DNA from: a virus
Virus record (IMG/VR): IMGVR_UViG_3300037475_000240
Coordinates: 62,876-126,875 of that record
Strand: one strand, 5' to 3'
DNA length: 64,000 nucleotides
This document shows, one piece after another, positions 38,355 to 47,063 of this stretch. Position numbers and translations under genes: made by a program. The stretch's first letter is position 1. Every line of letters starts with the position of its first letter. Under the pieces are notes generated by a model. The model searched no databases and was not told the origin of the DNA. It saw only the letters and a program-made list of their open reading frames with translations.

Positions 38355-38665
38355 TTTTTATTACCTATAACTTGATTTAATACCTGTCTAATATCAAATC
38401 CTGCTAAAGAAAAATCTAAAGTAGGCAATTCTTTGTAAGCTTCATCAATATAAGATTCAAATTCAAATAAATCTCCATTTATTCTTCTTTTAGCTAATTC
38501 TTCCATACAATAAACATCAATATCTTCATTAAATCCAAAATATCTTCCTGTAACAATCATTTCACATAATTTTTTAGAACTATGTGTTGGTATTTTACTT
38601 TTAATTAAATCAATGTTTAATTTAATTTCTTCATAAGGCTCATTATCTTCATCAAAATTAATCAT
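38351..38665 (-). CDS. Hypothetical protein
   Basis: 104-aa coupled ORF. Confidence 0.6.
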   Translation of the reverse strand: MINFDEDNEPYEEIKLNIDLIKSKIPTHSSKKLCEMIVTGRYFGFNEDIDVYCMEELAKRRINGDLFEFESYIDEAYKELPTLDFSLAGFDIRQVLNQVIGNKK

Positions 38666-39005
38666 GTTTCCTCATTGGGGGTGGCGTAGAAATTTTTACT
38701 TTTAAAGCAGGTAATATGCGTTTATTTTTACGATATGTAAAAAAATGAAATTTTGTATCAAAAAATAAATTGTTAAAATTTAAAACTTTACCTAAAACCA
38801 TTAAATCTCTAATGGATTCAAAAATAAATTTAACAATAGTACTTAATTCTGTTTTTGATATTAAAGGATATCTAGCATAAATTCTATTTACTAATTTTTG
38901 ATTATACTTAAGATTAATTGGGTGATCTATATTTAACTGATCACATATTTCTTGATGTAAATGATCCTTAAAGAAGAATGGTTTTACTATCTTAGGTTTC
39001 TTCAT
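38658..39005 (-). CDS. Divergent HU/IHF-like protein
   Basis: LVNRIYARYPLISKTELSTIVKFIFESIRDLMVLGKVLNF resembles the HU helices. Confidence 0.45.
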   Translation of the reverse strand: MKKPKIVKPFFFKDHLHQEICDQLNIDHPINLKYNQKLVNRIYARYPLISKTELSTIVKFIFESIRDLMVLGKVLNFNNLFFDTKFHFFTYRKNKRILPALKVKISTPPPMRKHD

Positions 39006-39123
39006 GGGTTCCTATATAACACTACTCCCCTATAGATCCCCTCGGTGAGTGTCGAGAAAAAGTTCACTTTATTTTTTACAATTAATAATAAAATCAATTT
39101 TTGGTTAGTTATATGCTTGGCTA

Positions 39124-39720
39124 ATGACTGCCCTAACTATTAAAAACTTTAATCATAAAATATTAGTTGTAGGCTCAATTTATGATAAAATCAATAAACT
39201 TGAAGATATTAAAAAAATTGAGCATAATTATAATTTAATTATAATTGCTGGAAACATTCTTTACCCATTTAAAAAAGCAGAAGAATTAGAATTTAGAATT
39301 AAATTATTTAATAATTCAAAATATCATTATGTTATAGGAAGTTATGATTTAAAAGTACTGAGTAGTAATCTTTCAACTACTATTAATAATTGGATTATAT
39401 CTCAACCTAATGCCATTATAGTTGAATTTATTAATCAAACTAGATTAATTGTAATTAATGGAGGAATAACTCCACAAATAAACAAAACTAATTTTAATGA
39501 CAGTTTAGAAATTAGTTTTGTTTCAAATATTGAAAAGAAACCATGGCATCAGTTTTATGGTGGTGGTTTTGGATATATTATCAGTAATAATCCTTTAACT
39601 AATGAAAAGCCCGTTTTTTATAATTATTCTGCTCAAATAGGTAATATTTATGAAAATGTATTAAATACTTATGCGCAGGAAATAGATCAATATGGCTTAA
39701 AAAAAACAATTTTAATATAA
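39124..39720 (+). CDS. Degenerate calcineurin-like metallophosphoesterase
   Basis: VVGSIYD / AGNILY / IGSYD / INGG align with GDIHG / GDLLD / GNHE / VHGG. Confidence 0.55.
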   Translation: MTALTIKNFNHKILVVGSIYDKINKLEDIKKIEHNYNLIIIAGNILYPFKKAEELEFRIKLFNNSKYHYVIGSYDLKVLSSNLSTTINNWIISQPNAIIVEFINQTRLIVINGGITPQINKTNFNDSLEISFVSNIEKKPWHQFYGGGFGYIISNNPLTNEKPVFYNYSAQIGNIYENVLNTYAQEIDQYGLKKTILI

Positions 39721-39768
39721 GATACTAATAAAAACATATCTTTTTGAAAATTCTTTTAAGAGAAAAAT

Positions 39769-40212
39769 ATGAATAAATGTAATAAAGTTGCAGCCTTGTA
39801 TATTGCTACATTAAAAAGTTTAGCTATTATACATCAAAATAATCATTGGAACACCAAAGGCGCTAACTTTTATGGAGATCATTTATTATTTGAAAGACTT
39901 TATAAATCAGTTTTAGAAAATCTTGATTTAGCTGCAGAAAAATTCTTAGGTATTCTGGGTGACGAATGTCTTGACTATGAATTCCAAAATGACCTTTTAG
40001 GTAAAGTGCTATCAAAATATAATAATCTTGAAGGCTCTCCAGTGGAGATGTCCTTGTCTGCCGAGAAAGATTTTATTAAATTGTCCAGGGATGCTTATAA
40101 TTGTTTTGAAGATGAAGATAAAATGACATTAGGATTAGATGATATGATTATGTCAATATCTAGTAAAAGAGAAGAAGCGATTTATCTTTTACAACAAGTA
40201 ATAAAAGGGTAA
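39769..40212 (+). CDS. Dps/ferritin-like protein
   Basis: HQNNHWNTKGANFYGDHLLFERLY...DLAAEK. Confidence 0.8.
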   Translation: MNKCNKVAALYIATLKSLAIIHQNNHWNTKGANFYGDHLLFERLYKSVLENLDLAAEKFLGILGDECLDYEFQNDLLGKVLSKYNNLEGSPVEMSLSAEKDFIKLSRDAYNCFEDEDKMTLGLDDMIMSISSKREEAIYLLQQVIKG

Positions 40213-40213
40213 T

Positions 40214-40567
40214 ATGAACAACAAAAAATTGTTAAGTAAATTATTAAAAATCGCAAAAAATCAACAAAAATCCATAATTTCAATAGCTCAATTATCTAAT
40301 GATATAGAGTATATAAAGAAATTTATTAAAAATAGCATCGCTTTGTGGCTAGTAAATAATGGAATAATAGCTAAAGAACAATTTTCTTTAGAGCAAATTG
40401 ATAGCAATAGTTATTATATAACTATTCAATTATCTCCTGCCACTAAAACGCCATTATCAGAGAGTGTTGTTAATAAATTGAAAGATTTTTTAACAGCTAA
40501 GATTCAAATAGATCCTAATCTTAAATCTAAATCAATTGATTTAGATGTTCAAACCTTACCCCTTTAA
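40214..40567 (+). CDS. Hypothetical protein sharing its N-terminus with the next gene
   Basis: KKLLSKLLKIAKNQQKSIISIAQ. Confidence 0.65.
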   Translation: MNNKKLLSKLLKIAKNQQKSIISIAQLSNDIEYIKKFIKNSIALWLVNNGIIAKEQFSLEQIDSNSYYITIQLSPATKTPLSESVVNKLKDFLTAKIQIDPNLKSKSIDLDVQTLPL

Positions 40568-40581
40568 TTGAGGATATCCAT

Positions 40582-40941
40582 ATGAGTGACAAAGAAGTAC
40601 TTAAGAAATTATTAAGAATTGCTGAAAATCAACAAAAAATTATTAGCAAACTTGCTCAAGCAGTAAATGCTCCAGCAAATGAAATGCCAACTCCTGTTTC
40701 TGCTAATAAACATGAAGCAGAAACAATTTTAGGGGCATTACCTCCACAAGTTAAGGCTCTTATTTCTGTTTTAGAAGTTCATCCATCTCATGATGGAACT
40801 TTTGACGGCGAAGTTAAAGTAAGATTTGCTCCAGGCAAAGCTTCTGATGCTGGATTTAAAGCTGTTCAAAAAACAGTAGAAAACTTGGCAAGCAGAAATA
40901 TGCTTCCAGGTGCAAGTTATGCAGTTAAACAAGTAGCTTAA
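40582..40941 (+). CDS. Hypothetical protein
   Basis: KEVLKKLLRIAENQQKIISKLAQ; GAGGA RBS. Confidence 0.7.
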   Translation: MSDKEVLKKLLRIAENQQKIISKLAQAVNAPANEMPTPVSANKHEAETILGALPPQVKALISVLEVHPSHDGTFDGEVKVRFAPGKASDAGFKAVQKTVENLASRNMLPGASYAVKQVA

Positions 40942-41229
40942 TCACTTATACTTTTCAGTATAATGCTCAATACTTCTAAATTGAAGTGCTTCAGAAAGCG
41001 CTTTAAATACGTTGATATTGTCAACTAAAGATATGTTTGTAATAGTTAATAAAATCTCGCCTAAAACGCGAGATTTTATTTTTTCAGCCTCTTCACTTGG
41101 TAAACCTTGGACATCAATTTTTTTATAAAGACTAAATTTTAAATCTAATTCCATTAAGGAAGTAGAAATTGTTGTTCCTGCTTCCTTATGTAATTCTTCA
41201 CATTTCTCCCACAAATTTTCAAAATGCAT
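40942..41229 (-). CDS. Hypothetical protein (MazG-like helical hairpin?)
   Basis: LGEILLTITNISLVDNINVFKAL. Confidence 0.45.
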   Translation of the reverse strand: MHFENLWEKCEELHKEAGTTISTSLMELDLKFSLYKKIDVQGLPSEEAEKIKSRVLGEILLTITNISLVDNINVFKALSEALQFRSIEHYTEKYK

Positions 41230-41231
41230 TT

Positions 41232-41432
41232 TTATTTACCATCATCTAAATTTTTACTATCCATTGGAGCTATTTGCAATTGTTCATCTCCTTTATCAGA
41301 AATAAAAATTAAAAAGACAACTCCTTTAGAGCAATCAATAAAAACGGGCGCCTCAACTTTACCTACGTAAAATACTTCACCATCAACATCTTTTCTAGAC
41401 TTCAAATCAATAGTAATGTTTTTGTTAGACAT
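41232..41432 (-). CDS. Hypothetical protein
   Basis: 66 aa, GGAG RBS. Confidence 0.6.
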   Translation of the reverse strand: MSNKNITIDLKSRKDVDGEVFYVGKVEAPVFIDCSKGVVFLIFISDKGDEQLQIAPMDSKNLDDGK

Positions 41433-41443
41433 ATAATCTCCAA

Positions 41444-42301
41444 TTAAATATTTTTCACATAATTATTCATACAAATTTTTAAAGCTTCTATGGCTGGTGT
41501 CATGGTAAATCCAGCAGCTTTTAATTTATTTGAGTTCAATAAACAATTAGACCTTTTAGCAATTGTTAAAGATCCTAATGTATTCTCATCAATTATTGAA
41601 AATTGATGTTCTGGTACATACTTTTTATATTCGTTCATGATTTGAGCCGCTGTTAAAGTTCCAGGATTAGTTACATGATAAATTCCCGTTTTACTATTTT
41701 TAGCTGCCCAATCTATACACTTAACAAAATCATCCATGAAAGTCATTGAGTTTGGTATATCAATAACCTTAGAATATTGTCTTAATTTGTTAAGTAAATT
41801 TCGAGAGTTGTTTTTTTCTGAAATCGGCATACGCACTCTTAAGATAGAGACGTTAGACATCTTTCCTAAAAGTAAATCTGCAGAAAATTTTGTTTTTGAG
41901 TAATATGATTCAGGGTTAGCAAAATCTTCTTCTTCCCAACCCGTACATTGAGAGAAGTAATTATAAGGTGCAATCTGTGATTGTCCATACACCATATGAG
42001 GTGAATTACCATAAAATATACATCCAGAACCAATGTGAATGAAGTGTATATTTCTTTTTGCACATTCAGTTGCAAATATAGTGGGAATAATTGTATTGGC
42101 TAATGCAGTAGATTCTTTGTTATTTTCACACCAATCAACATTTGGCATACCTGTACGACCAATACAATTAATTAAAACATCTGGTGTGTACTTATCTAAA
42201 AGTGCGCTAATCTGAGTTTCAGATGCTGTAAGTCTATCAGAAATTACTGGATAGGGCAAATGATCGCTTACAAAACCTGTGCCTAAAGTCAAAATTTTCA
42301 T
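41444..42301 (-). CDS. NDP-4-keto-6-deoxyglucose epimerase/reductase (RmlD-like SDR)
   Basis: LGTGFVS, CIGRTGMPNVDWCE, GSGCIF, YYSKTK, RVRMPI. Confidence 0.8.
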   Translation of the reverse strand: MKILTLGTGFVSDHLPYPVISDRLTASETQISALLDKYTPDVLINCIGRTGMPNVDWCENNKESTALANTIIPTIFATECAKRNIHFIHIGSGCIFYGNSPHMVYGQSQIAPYNYFSQCTGWEEEDFANPESYYSKTKFSADLLLGKMSNVSILRVRMPISEKNNSRNLLNKLRQYSKVIDIPNSMTFMDDFVKCIDWAAKNSKTGIYHVTNPGTLTAAQIMNEYKKYVPEHQFSIIDENTLGSLTIAKRSNCLLNSNKLKAAGFTMTPAIEALKICMNNYVKNI

Positions 42302-42336
42302 ATTACCTCAATATAGAATTATAATTTAAATTATGA

Positions 42337-43071
42337 TTAAAACGATTCGGAATCTTTATTATAATAAAAATTATTTACAAAATTAATAGATTCATGTGTG
42401 CCCGCATCACTCCACATACCATCAACAAATGTATAGTGAAGTTTTCCATCTTCTAAATATTTTTTAATAATATCTACGATCTCATATTCACCACGCGCAC
42501 TTGGTTGTAAATTTGCAAAATATTTAAAGAAATTACTATCAAACTTATAACATCCTGTAACAGCATAATGATCATATGCACGATCTAAAATTATAGGATT
42601 GGGCTTTTCCACCAATAATTTTACTTCATTATTATAGATGCTTGCGACACCAAAACGATGTAATTCTGTATGATTATGCAAAACAATTTGAGCGCCTTCC
42701 AATTGTTCTGGATTTAATTTTATAGGTTTCTCAAAAATATTATCTCCAAGAATTACCATAAAATCATTACCCATAAATTTTTTACATAAATTTACGGCTT
42801 GTGCAATTCCCATTGGCTTATCTTGATATACATAATTAACTGTCATTCCTAAATGACTTCCATCTTTAACATGAGATACCACTTGACTAAAATGGGCACC
42901 ACCAAGTACTATTGTTAAGTCTGTTACTCCTAAATTTTTTAAAGTATCTAAAGGATAATCTATAATAAATTTATTATAAACTGGAACTAAATGCTTATTA
43001 AATAAGGAATTTAAAGGAGCTAATCTCGACCCAGTACCACCAGCCAAAATAATTCCGGATGTAACTTTCAT
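42337..43071 (-). CDS. rmlA: Glucose-1-phosphate thymidylyltransferase
   Basis: GIILAGGTGSRLAP, YQDKPMGIAQA, ILGDNIF, EKP, PSARGEYEI, WSDAGT. Confidence 0.9.
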   Translation of the reverse strand: MKVTSGIILAGGTGSRLAPLNSLFNKHLVPVYNKFIIDYPLDTLKNLGVTDLTIVLGGAHFSQVVSHVKDGSHLGMTVNYVYQDKPMGIAQAVNLCKKFMGNDFMVILGDNIFEKPIKLNPEQLEGAQIVLHNHTELHRFGVASIYNNEVKLLVEKPNPIILDRAYDHYAVTGCYKFDSNFFKYFANLQPSARGEYEIVDIIKKYLEDGKLHYTFVDGMWSDAGTHESINFVNNFYYNKDSESF

Positions 43072-43084
43072 ATTTTAGTATATA

Positions 43085-43615
43085 TCAACCATTCTTTTTA
43101 GTTGGAGATACAAGTAAATACATAAATTTACCTTCAAGAGAAATATTAGGAGAAGCAACAATTAAATCTTTTAACTGATCAATGATCCAATTAAGTTTAT
43201 CAGCTCCAACCTCAGGATGAACAATTTCACGTCCGCGAAATCTGATAGTGAATTTTACTTTATGACCTTCTAACAAAAATCCTTTAGCAGAATCAAGTTT
43301 ATGATTTAAATCATTTTCATCTGTATTAGGTCTAAAAGTAATTTCTTTTAATTCTTGAATTTTCTGATTTTTTTTAGCTTCTGAAAGCTTTTTCTTCTCA
43401 TCATATTTAAACTTACCATAATCTATAATTTTACAAACTGGCGGAATTCCCTTTGGATTTACTTCCACTAAATCCAAACCTTGATCTATTGCCATTTTAA
43501 GAGCATCGCGAATAGACATAATTCCTGGGGATGTTCCATCTTCTAAAATAACTCTAACCTGAGGAACACGAATTTGATTATTTATACGAATTTTATATTG
43601 ATTATTTGTTTGCAT
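43085..43615 (-). CDS. infC: Translation initiation factor IF-3
   Basis: RINNQIRVPQVRVI, GLDLVEV, PPVCKIIDYGKFKY, KVKFTIRFRGRE. Confidence 0.95.
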   Translation of the reverse strand: MQTNNQYKIRINNQIRVPQVRVILEDGTSPGIMSIRDALKMAIDQGLDLVEVNPKGIPPVCKIIDYGKFKYDEKKKLSEAKKNQKIQELKEITFRPNTDENDLNHKLDSAKGFLLEGHKVKFTIRFRGREIVHPEVGADKLNWIIDQLKDLIVASPNISLEGKFMYLLVSPTKKNG

Positions 43616-43632
43616 TTGCCTTTATTATAAAG

Positions 43633-43815
43633 TTATCTAAGTAATGGTAAATTGTGCGAGTGTATGACTCCAAATGCTTGAAGTACATATAAAAATACTA
43701 TAAGAAAAACTATAGCATTGATTACTGTTTTAATTCTAGAATCCATTGGAACAAGAACATTAAGTAAATATAAAAGAACACCTATTACAACTAGCGCGAT
43801 TAAAAGGGAAACCAT
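43633..43815 (-). CDS. Small two-helix membrane protein
   Basis: Two hydrophobic helices linked by PMDSRIK; AGGAG RBS. Confidence 0.7.
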   Translation of the reverse strand: MVSLLIALVVIGVLLYLLNVLVPMDSRIKTVINAIVFLIVFLYVLQAFGVIHSHNLPLLR

Positions 43816-44022
43816 AGAAACTCCTTAAGGATATTAGGTGATTGCTATTAATTTTGTTAATCGTTTAATTGCATGCTATGCCTCAATGTGCATTTCACCA
43901 TCTATAGATATGTCAATAAAGTCTATGCTTTTAAAGATAATCAATTTATAATTATAAAGATAGCTGTTTTAGCATAATTTTGCTATTTTAAGTTATTAAA
44001 ACGAGTAAATATGCCACATTAA

Positions 44023-44445
44023 TTACCATTGTACATAATAAGAATAATCTGCAGGTATTAAACAAGTATGACTCTCATCATTAGGATGGTAGTCAGGAGG
44101 ATTATATTGTTCCCTCACTCTTAATCCGTCAACTTCTTTAATAGCTATCACAATTGATTCCACAGGGATATTATTTGGAATAATTGAAGATCCTAAAAAA
44201 ATCTCTTTAATATGTTTATTATAAATATCTCTTTTAATATTATTATCTATTTTTATATCTTCTTTTGCAATTAAATCAAATAAAGTGCTTTCAACCCAAA
44301 CTTTAGCTTCAGGAATTTTAGTTTGTATCTGTTTATTTTTTCGATCACGTTCAAGCGCTTTTGCACGTAATTTTTCAGAAATTTTCTTATTTTCTTCTTG
44401 TTTTGCTTGATTTATTTTTTCTTCTAATTTTGGGTGCATTAACAT
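44023..44445 (-). CDS. Hypothetical protein
   Basis: 140-aa ORF. Confidence 0.55.
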   Translation of the reverse strand: MLMHPKLEEKINQAKQEENKKISEKLRAKALERDRKNKQIQTKIPEAKVWVESTLFDLIAKEDIKIDNNIKRDIYNKHIKEIFLGSSIIPNNIPVESIVIAIKEVDGLRVREQYNPPDYHPNDESHTCLIPADYSYYVQW

Positions 44446-44878
44446 CTACTCCATAATTTTTTAATATAGAAATATCCAGTTTCCATTGTTTTGTGGAACG
44501 TTCAACCCATTTAATAAAAATATCCTCAATATATTTCTCAGCCGTTTTCTTTGACCAAGAATTAATTTTCATTAAATGACGTAAGGCGTGTTCGCTTTTA
44601 TTTTGGATATTTGCGAGCCCAATATGTTTAACCATATGACAGTCCGGGCACAAGGCGATCATTCCGACTAAAATTTGAATTAAATTTTTATCATCATATT
44701 CCCAAATTTCGTGACATTCTACAGGGTGTTTTTTACCAACATCACCACAAATTTGACAAACGTAATAAGCTTCTGAATATACTTTCTGGCGAATTATATC
44801 CCATTGTGTTTGAGTTACTTCTGAACGTATGTTGGAAAACCAGCAGGTAGATGGAACAAGATCAATAGTTAACTTCAT
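44387..44878 (-). CDS. HNH-like nuclease-fold protein
   Basis: LTIDLVPSTCWFSNIR...CQICG...ECHEIWEY...LCPDCHMVKH; start ATG 44878, 3 nt after the tRNA CCA. Confidence 0.7.
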   Translation of the reverse strand: MKLTIDLVPSTCWFSNIRSEVTQTQWDIIRQKVYSEAYYVCQICGDVGKKHPVECHEIWEYDDKNLIQILVGMIALCPDCHMVKHIGLANIQNKSEHALRHLMKINSWSKKTAEKYIEDIFIKWVERSTKQWKLDISILKNYGVDVNAPKIRRKNKSSKTRRK

Positions 44879-44881
44879 TTG

Positions 44882-44956
44882 TGGTGCGTCTAGGGAATTC
44901 TGCCATCCCAACCTACCAGTTTAGAATTGGTCGCTCTACTTTTGAGCTATAGACGC
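44882..44956 (-). tRNA. tRNA with CUA anticodon (amber suppressor) 1
   Basis: GCGTCTA/TAGACGC acceptor stem, GCTC/GAGC D-stem, loop TT-CTA-AA, encoded A-CCA; atypical T-loop GGCAGAA. Confidence 0.8.
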
Positions 44957-45014
44957 ATATTTCGAACTCACTATCAATACTATAACATAATATTACTATA
45001 TAATAGGAGATATA

Positions 45015-45716
45015 ATGAAAAAAATGACTGAAGAAAAATTAAAAGAAGCTGTAAAAAAATCAATTAGTATCGCTGGCGCTTTAAAATTTATGGAAATGAG
45101 TGTTACTACAGGTAACTATAAGTCTTTCCATAAGAAAGTAAAATTATACAATATAGATATAAATCATTTTTTAGGACAATCTCATTTACGTGGAGCTTCA
45201 CATCAAACTAAAAAAAGTATACCTCTTGCAGATATTCTTGTAGAAGATAGTATGTTCTCTAATACTGCTTCACTTAAAATAAAATTATTAAAGACAAATT
45301 TGTTAAAATATGAATGTTATAACTGTGGAATTTCTAGTTGGAAGGACAAAGATTTAATATTACAATTAGATCATATTAATGGCATTTGGAATGACAACCG
45401 TTTAGAAAACTTACGATTATTGTGTCCAAATTGTCACTCCCAAACAGAAACATTTGCTGGTCGTAATATAAATAAAAATAAAGCAAAGGAAACAATTATT
45501 TATTATTATAGTAAGTGTGAAAATTGTGAAGAGCTTGTTCAACAAAAAAACACAACTAAATGTTTAGATTGTTATCTAAAATTACAACCTACTAAAATTT
45601 CATGGCCATCAACTAAAAATTTAATCAAAATGGTAGAAGAAAGTAGTTATTTAGCGGTTGGGAAAAAACTAGGAGTTAGTGATAATGCTGTTAGAAAGAG
45701 AATAAAAAATCATTAA
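45015..45716 (+). CDS. HNH homing endonuclease within the tRNA cluster
   Basis: CYNCG..W....LQLDHING..NDNRLENLRLLCPNCHSQT; C-terminal HTH GKKLGVSDNAVRKR. Confidence 0.88.
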   Translation: MKKMTEEKLKEAVKKSISIAGALKFMEMSVTTGNYKSFHKKVKLYNIDINHFLGQSHLRGASHQTKKSIPLADILVEDSMFSNTASLKIKLLKTNLLKYECYNCGISSWKDKDLILQLDHINGIWNDNRLENLRLLCPNCHSQTETFAGRNINKNKAKETIIYYYSKCENCEELVQQKNTTKCLDCYLKLQPTKISWPSTKNLIKMVEESSYLAVGKKLGVSDNAVRKRIKNH

Positions 45717-45718
45717 AA

Positions 45719-45796
45719 TAGCTCTCTAGGTAGGATTTGAACCTACAATCATCTATTTAGAGTAGATAGCTTTAGACCACTGAGACTTACAGGAGA
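45719..45796 (-). tRNA. tRNA with CUA anticodon (amber suppressor) 2, partly degenerate
   Basis: ATCTA-CT-CTA-AA-TAGAT anticodon arm; GTAGG-TTCAAAT-CCTAC T-arm; acceptor TCTCCTG/CTAGAGA with two mismatches; ends G-CTA. Confidence 0.65.
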
Positions 45797-45801
45797 ATAG
45801 T

Positions 45802-45921
45802 TGAGGCGGCAGGTAAGATTCGCACTTACATCCTCTTCTTTAACTAAGAAGTGCTCGGTCATAAATTATTTATCATATCACGTTAATATGAGATATTTCA
45901 TTTTAATTGAGCTACTGCCAC
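45802..45921 (-). tRNA. tRNA-like gene with 52-nt D-loop; central triplet GTT
   Basis: GTGGCAG/CTGCCGC acceptor, GCTC/GAGC D-stem around 52 nt, CTTCT-TAGTTAA-AGAAG, GTAAG-TGCGAAT-CTTAC. Confidence 0.65.
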
Positions 45922-45962
45922 ATAAAATCTATAACAACTATAATTTATTTTTTAATGAAAAA

Positions 45963-46697
45963 TTAAACTTGAACTCCAGCACCATAATAAGATGTAACCC
46001 ATGCATCTAAAGCAGCTTTTTCACCTGATGTGGGTTCTCCATTCCAGGCTCCAACAGCCGCAATATCTACATCAGAACTTGTTGTTGATGCATTTGATCT
46101 AGCGAATAAAACGAAAGATGGAGCATCGGAATTACCAGCATTAGCTCCAGTAACGGATGTAGATCCAGCTTTTACGTAATCAGAAGTGCTATTAGTAAAT
46201 GATGTTTCTACACGAGTGGCAACTCCAATTGTTGCTCCACCATTTACGTTAACTTGAGTTGTGTTGCTTTGTCGAATATTGACTCCACCTGATGCTTGTG
46301 AAATCGCTAAAATACCATTACCACCAGCCATAATGTATCTACCTGATAAGCTTGAACGTTGACGCAAAATTACCCAGAACCACACTGGCGTGGTACCAGG
46401 TACTGGTGGATCCCAAGTCATTGTCATAGCAGCATTATTACTACTAGTTAGACTATTTCGTGAACCAAAATTAGAATCTGCAATATTATAAGCTGGTTGT
46501 AAGCCGGTGTTAGCTTGAACAGCATTATTTCCATTTCCACTTTGATCTGCCCATAACGATGCACCTGTTACAACTGTAACTCCAAGATCCGCAATTAAAT
46601 AGAAAAAGGCTGATCTACTAGTTATAATAGACAAAGGATCAGTTGGTCCTATTTGTACTGAATTTTTTATCCAAGATATTGTTGCTGTACCAGGCAT
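45963..46697 (-). CDS. LamG/concanavalin-like beta-sandwich protein, probably virion-associated
   Basis: WADQSGNGNNAVQ...QP motif; Ser/Thr/Gly/Ala-rich. Confidence 0.55.
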   Translation of the reverse strand: MPGTATISWIKNSVQIGPTDPLSIITSRSAFFYLIADLGVTVVTGASLWADQSGNGNNAVQANTGLQPAYNIADSNFGSRNSLTSSNNAAMTMTWDPPVPGTTPVWFWVILRQRSSLSGRYIMAGGNGILAISQASGGVNIRQSNTTQVNVNGGATIGVATRVETSFTNSTSDYVKAGSTSVTGANAGNSDAPSFVLFARSNASTTSSDVDIAAVGAWNGEPTSGEKAALDAWVTSYYGAGVQV

Positions 46698-46724
46698 ATA
46701 AATATGCCGTTACAGTAATATAAA

Positions 46725-47063
46725 TTACTTAAATGCTAACTTTAAATTATTAACTAATTTTTTAGTTAATTTGCCGGGCTCTATACAAATTGCAGTAAGA
46801 GAATTATTTAAATCTGGTTCTAAAAATTTTGAATATTTTAACTCTAATTCTTCTGATTTATTAATTAAATTAATTAAATCACTTTCAGAAGCTACAGCTA
46901 ATAGACAAATATAATTTGAATTATTAAACCATTCTTTATCTATTTCAGGATGATCATTTGAGAATTGTCTTAAAGCATGACATAGTTGTGATGCTTGTTG
47001 ACCAAAATTCAAATCATTTCTAGTAATTACGTATAACTTATCATTTTGTTGAATCTACGACAT
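46725..47063 (-). CDS. Pth2-family peptidyl-tRNA hydrolase with in-frame TAG at codon 3
   Basis: AAGGA-8nt-ATG TCG TAG ATT CAA...; MS*IQQNDKLYVITRNDLNFGQQASQLCHA...EPDLNNSLTAICI; the YVxxRxDL motif lies upstream of the track's TTG start. Confidence 0.8.

Noticed and set aside
44443-44454. A third ATG-GAG-TAG-ATG in frame with 44023-44445
   Set aside because: The upstream ATG has no RBS, and the GGAG is better explained as the RBS of the downstream ATGs. Worth rechecking if homologs conserve it.
44882-45796. Pyrrolysine system
   Set aside because: The CUA tRNAs lack tRNA-Pyl geometry and no pylS/pylBCD is visible in the window.
45801-46010. Plus-strand 69-aa ORF, and the 5' extensions of ORFs 44387-44911 and 50062-50412
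   Set aside because: They overlap tRNA or tmRNA genes; treated as spurious or trimmed.
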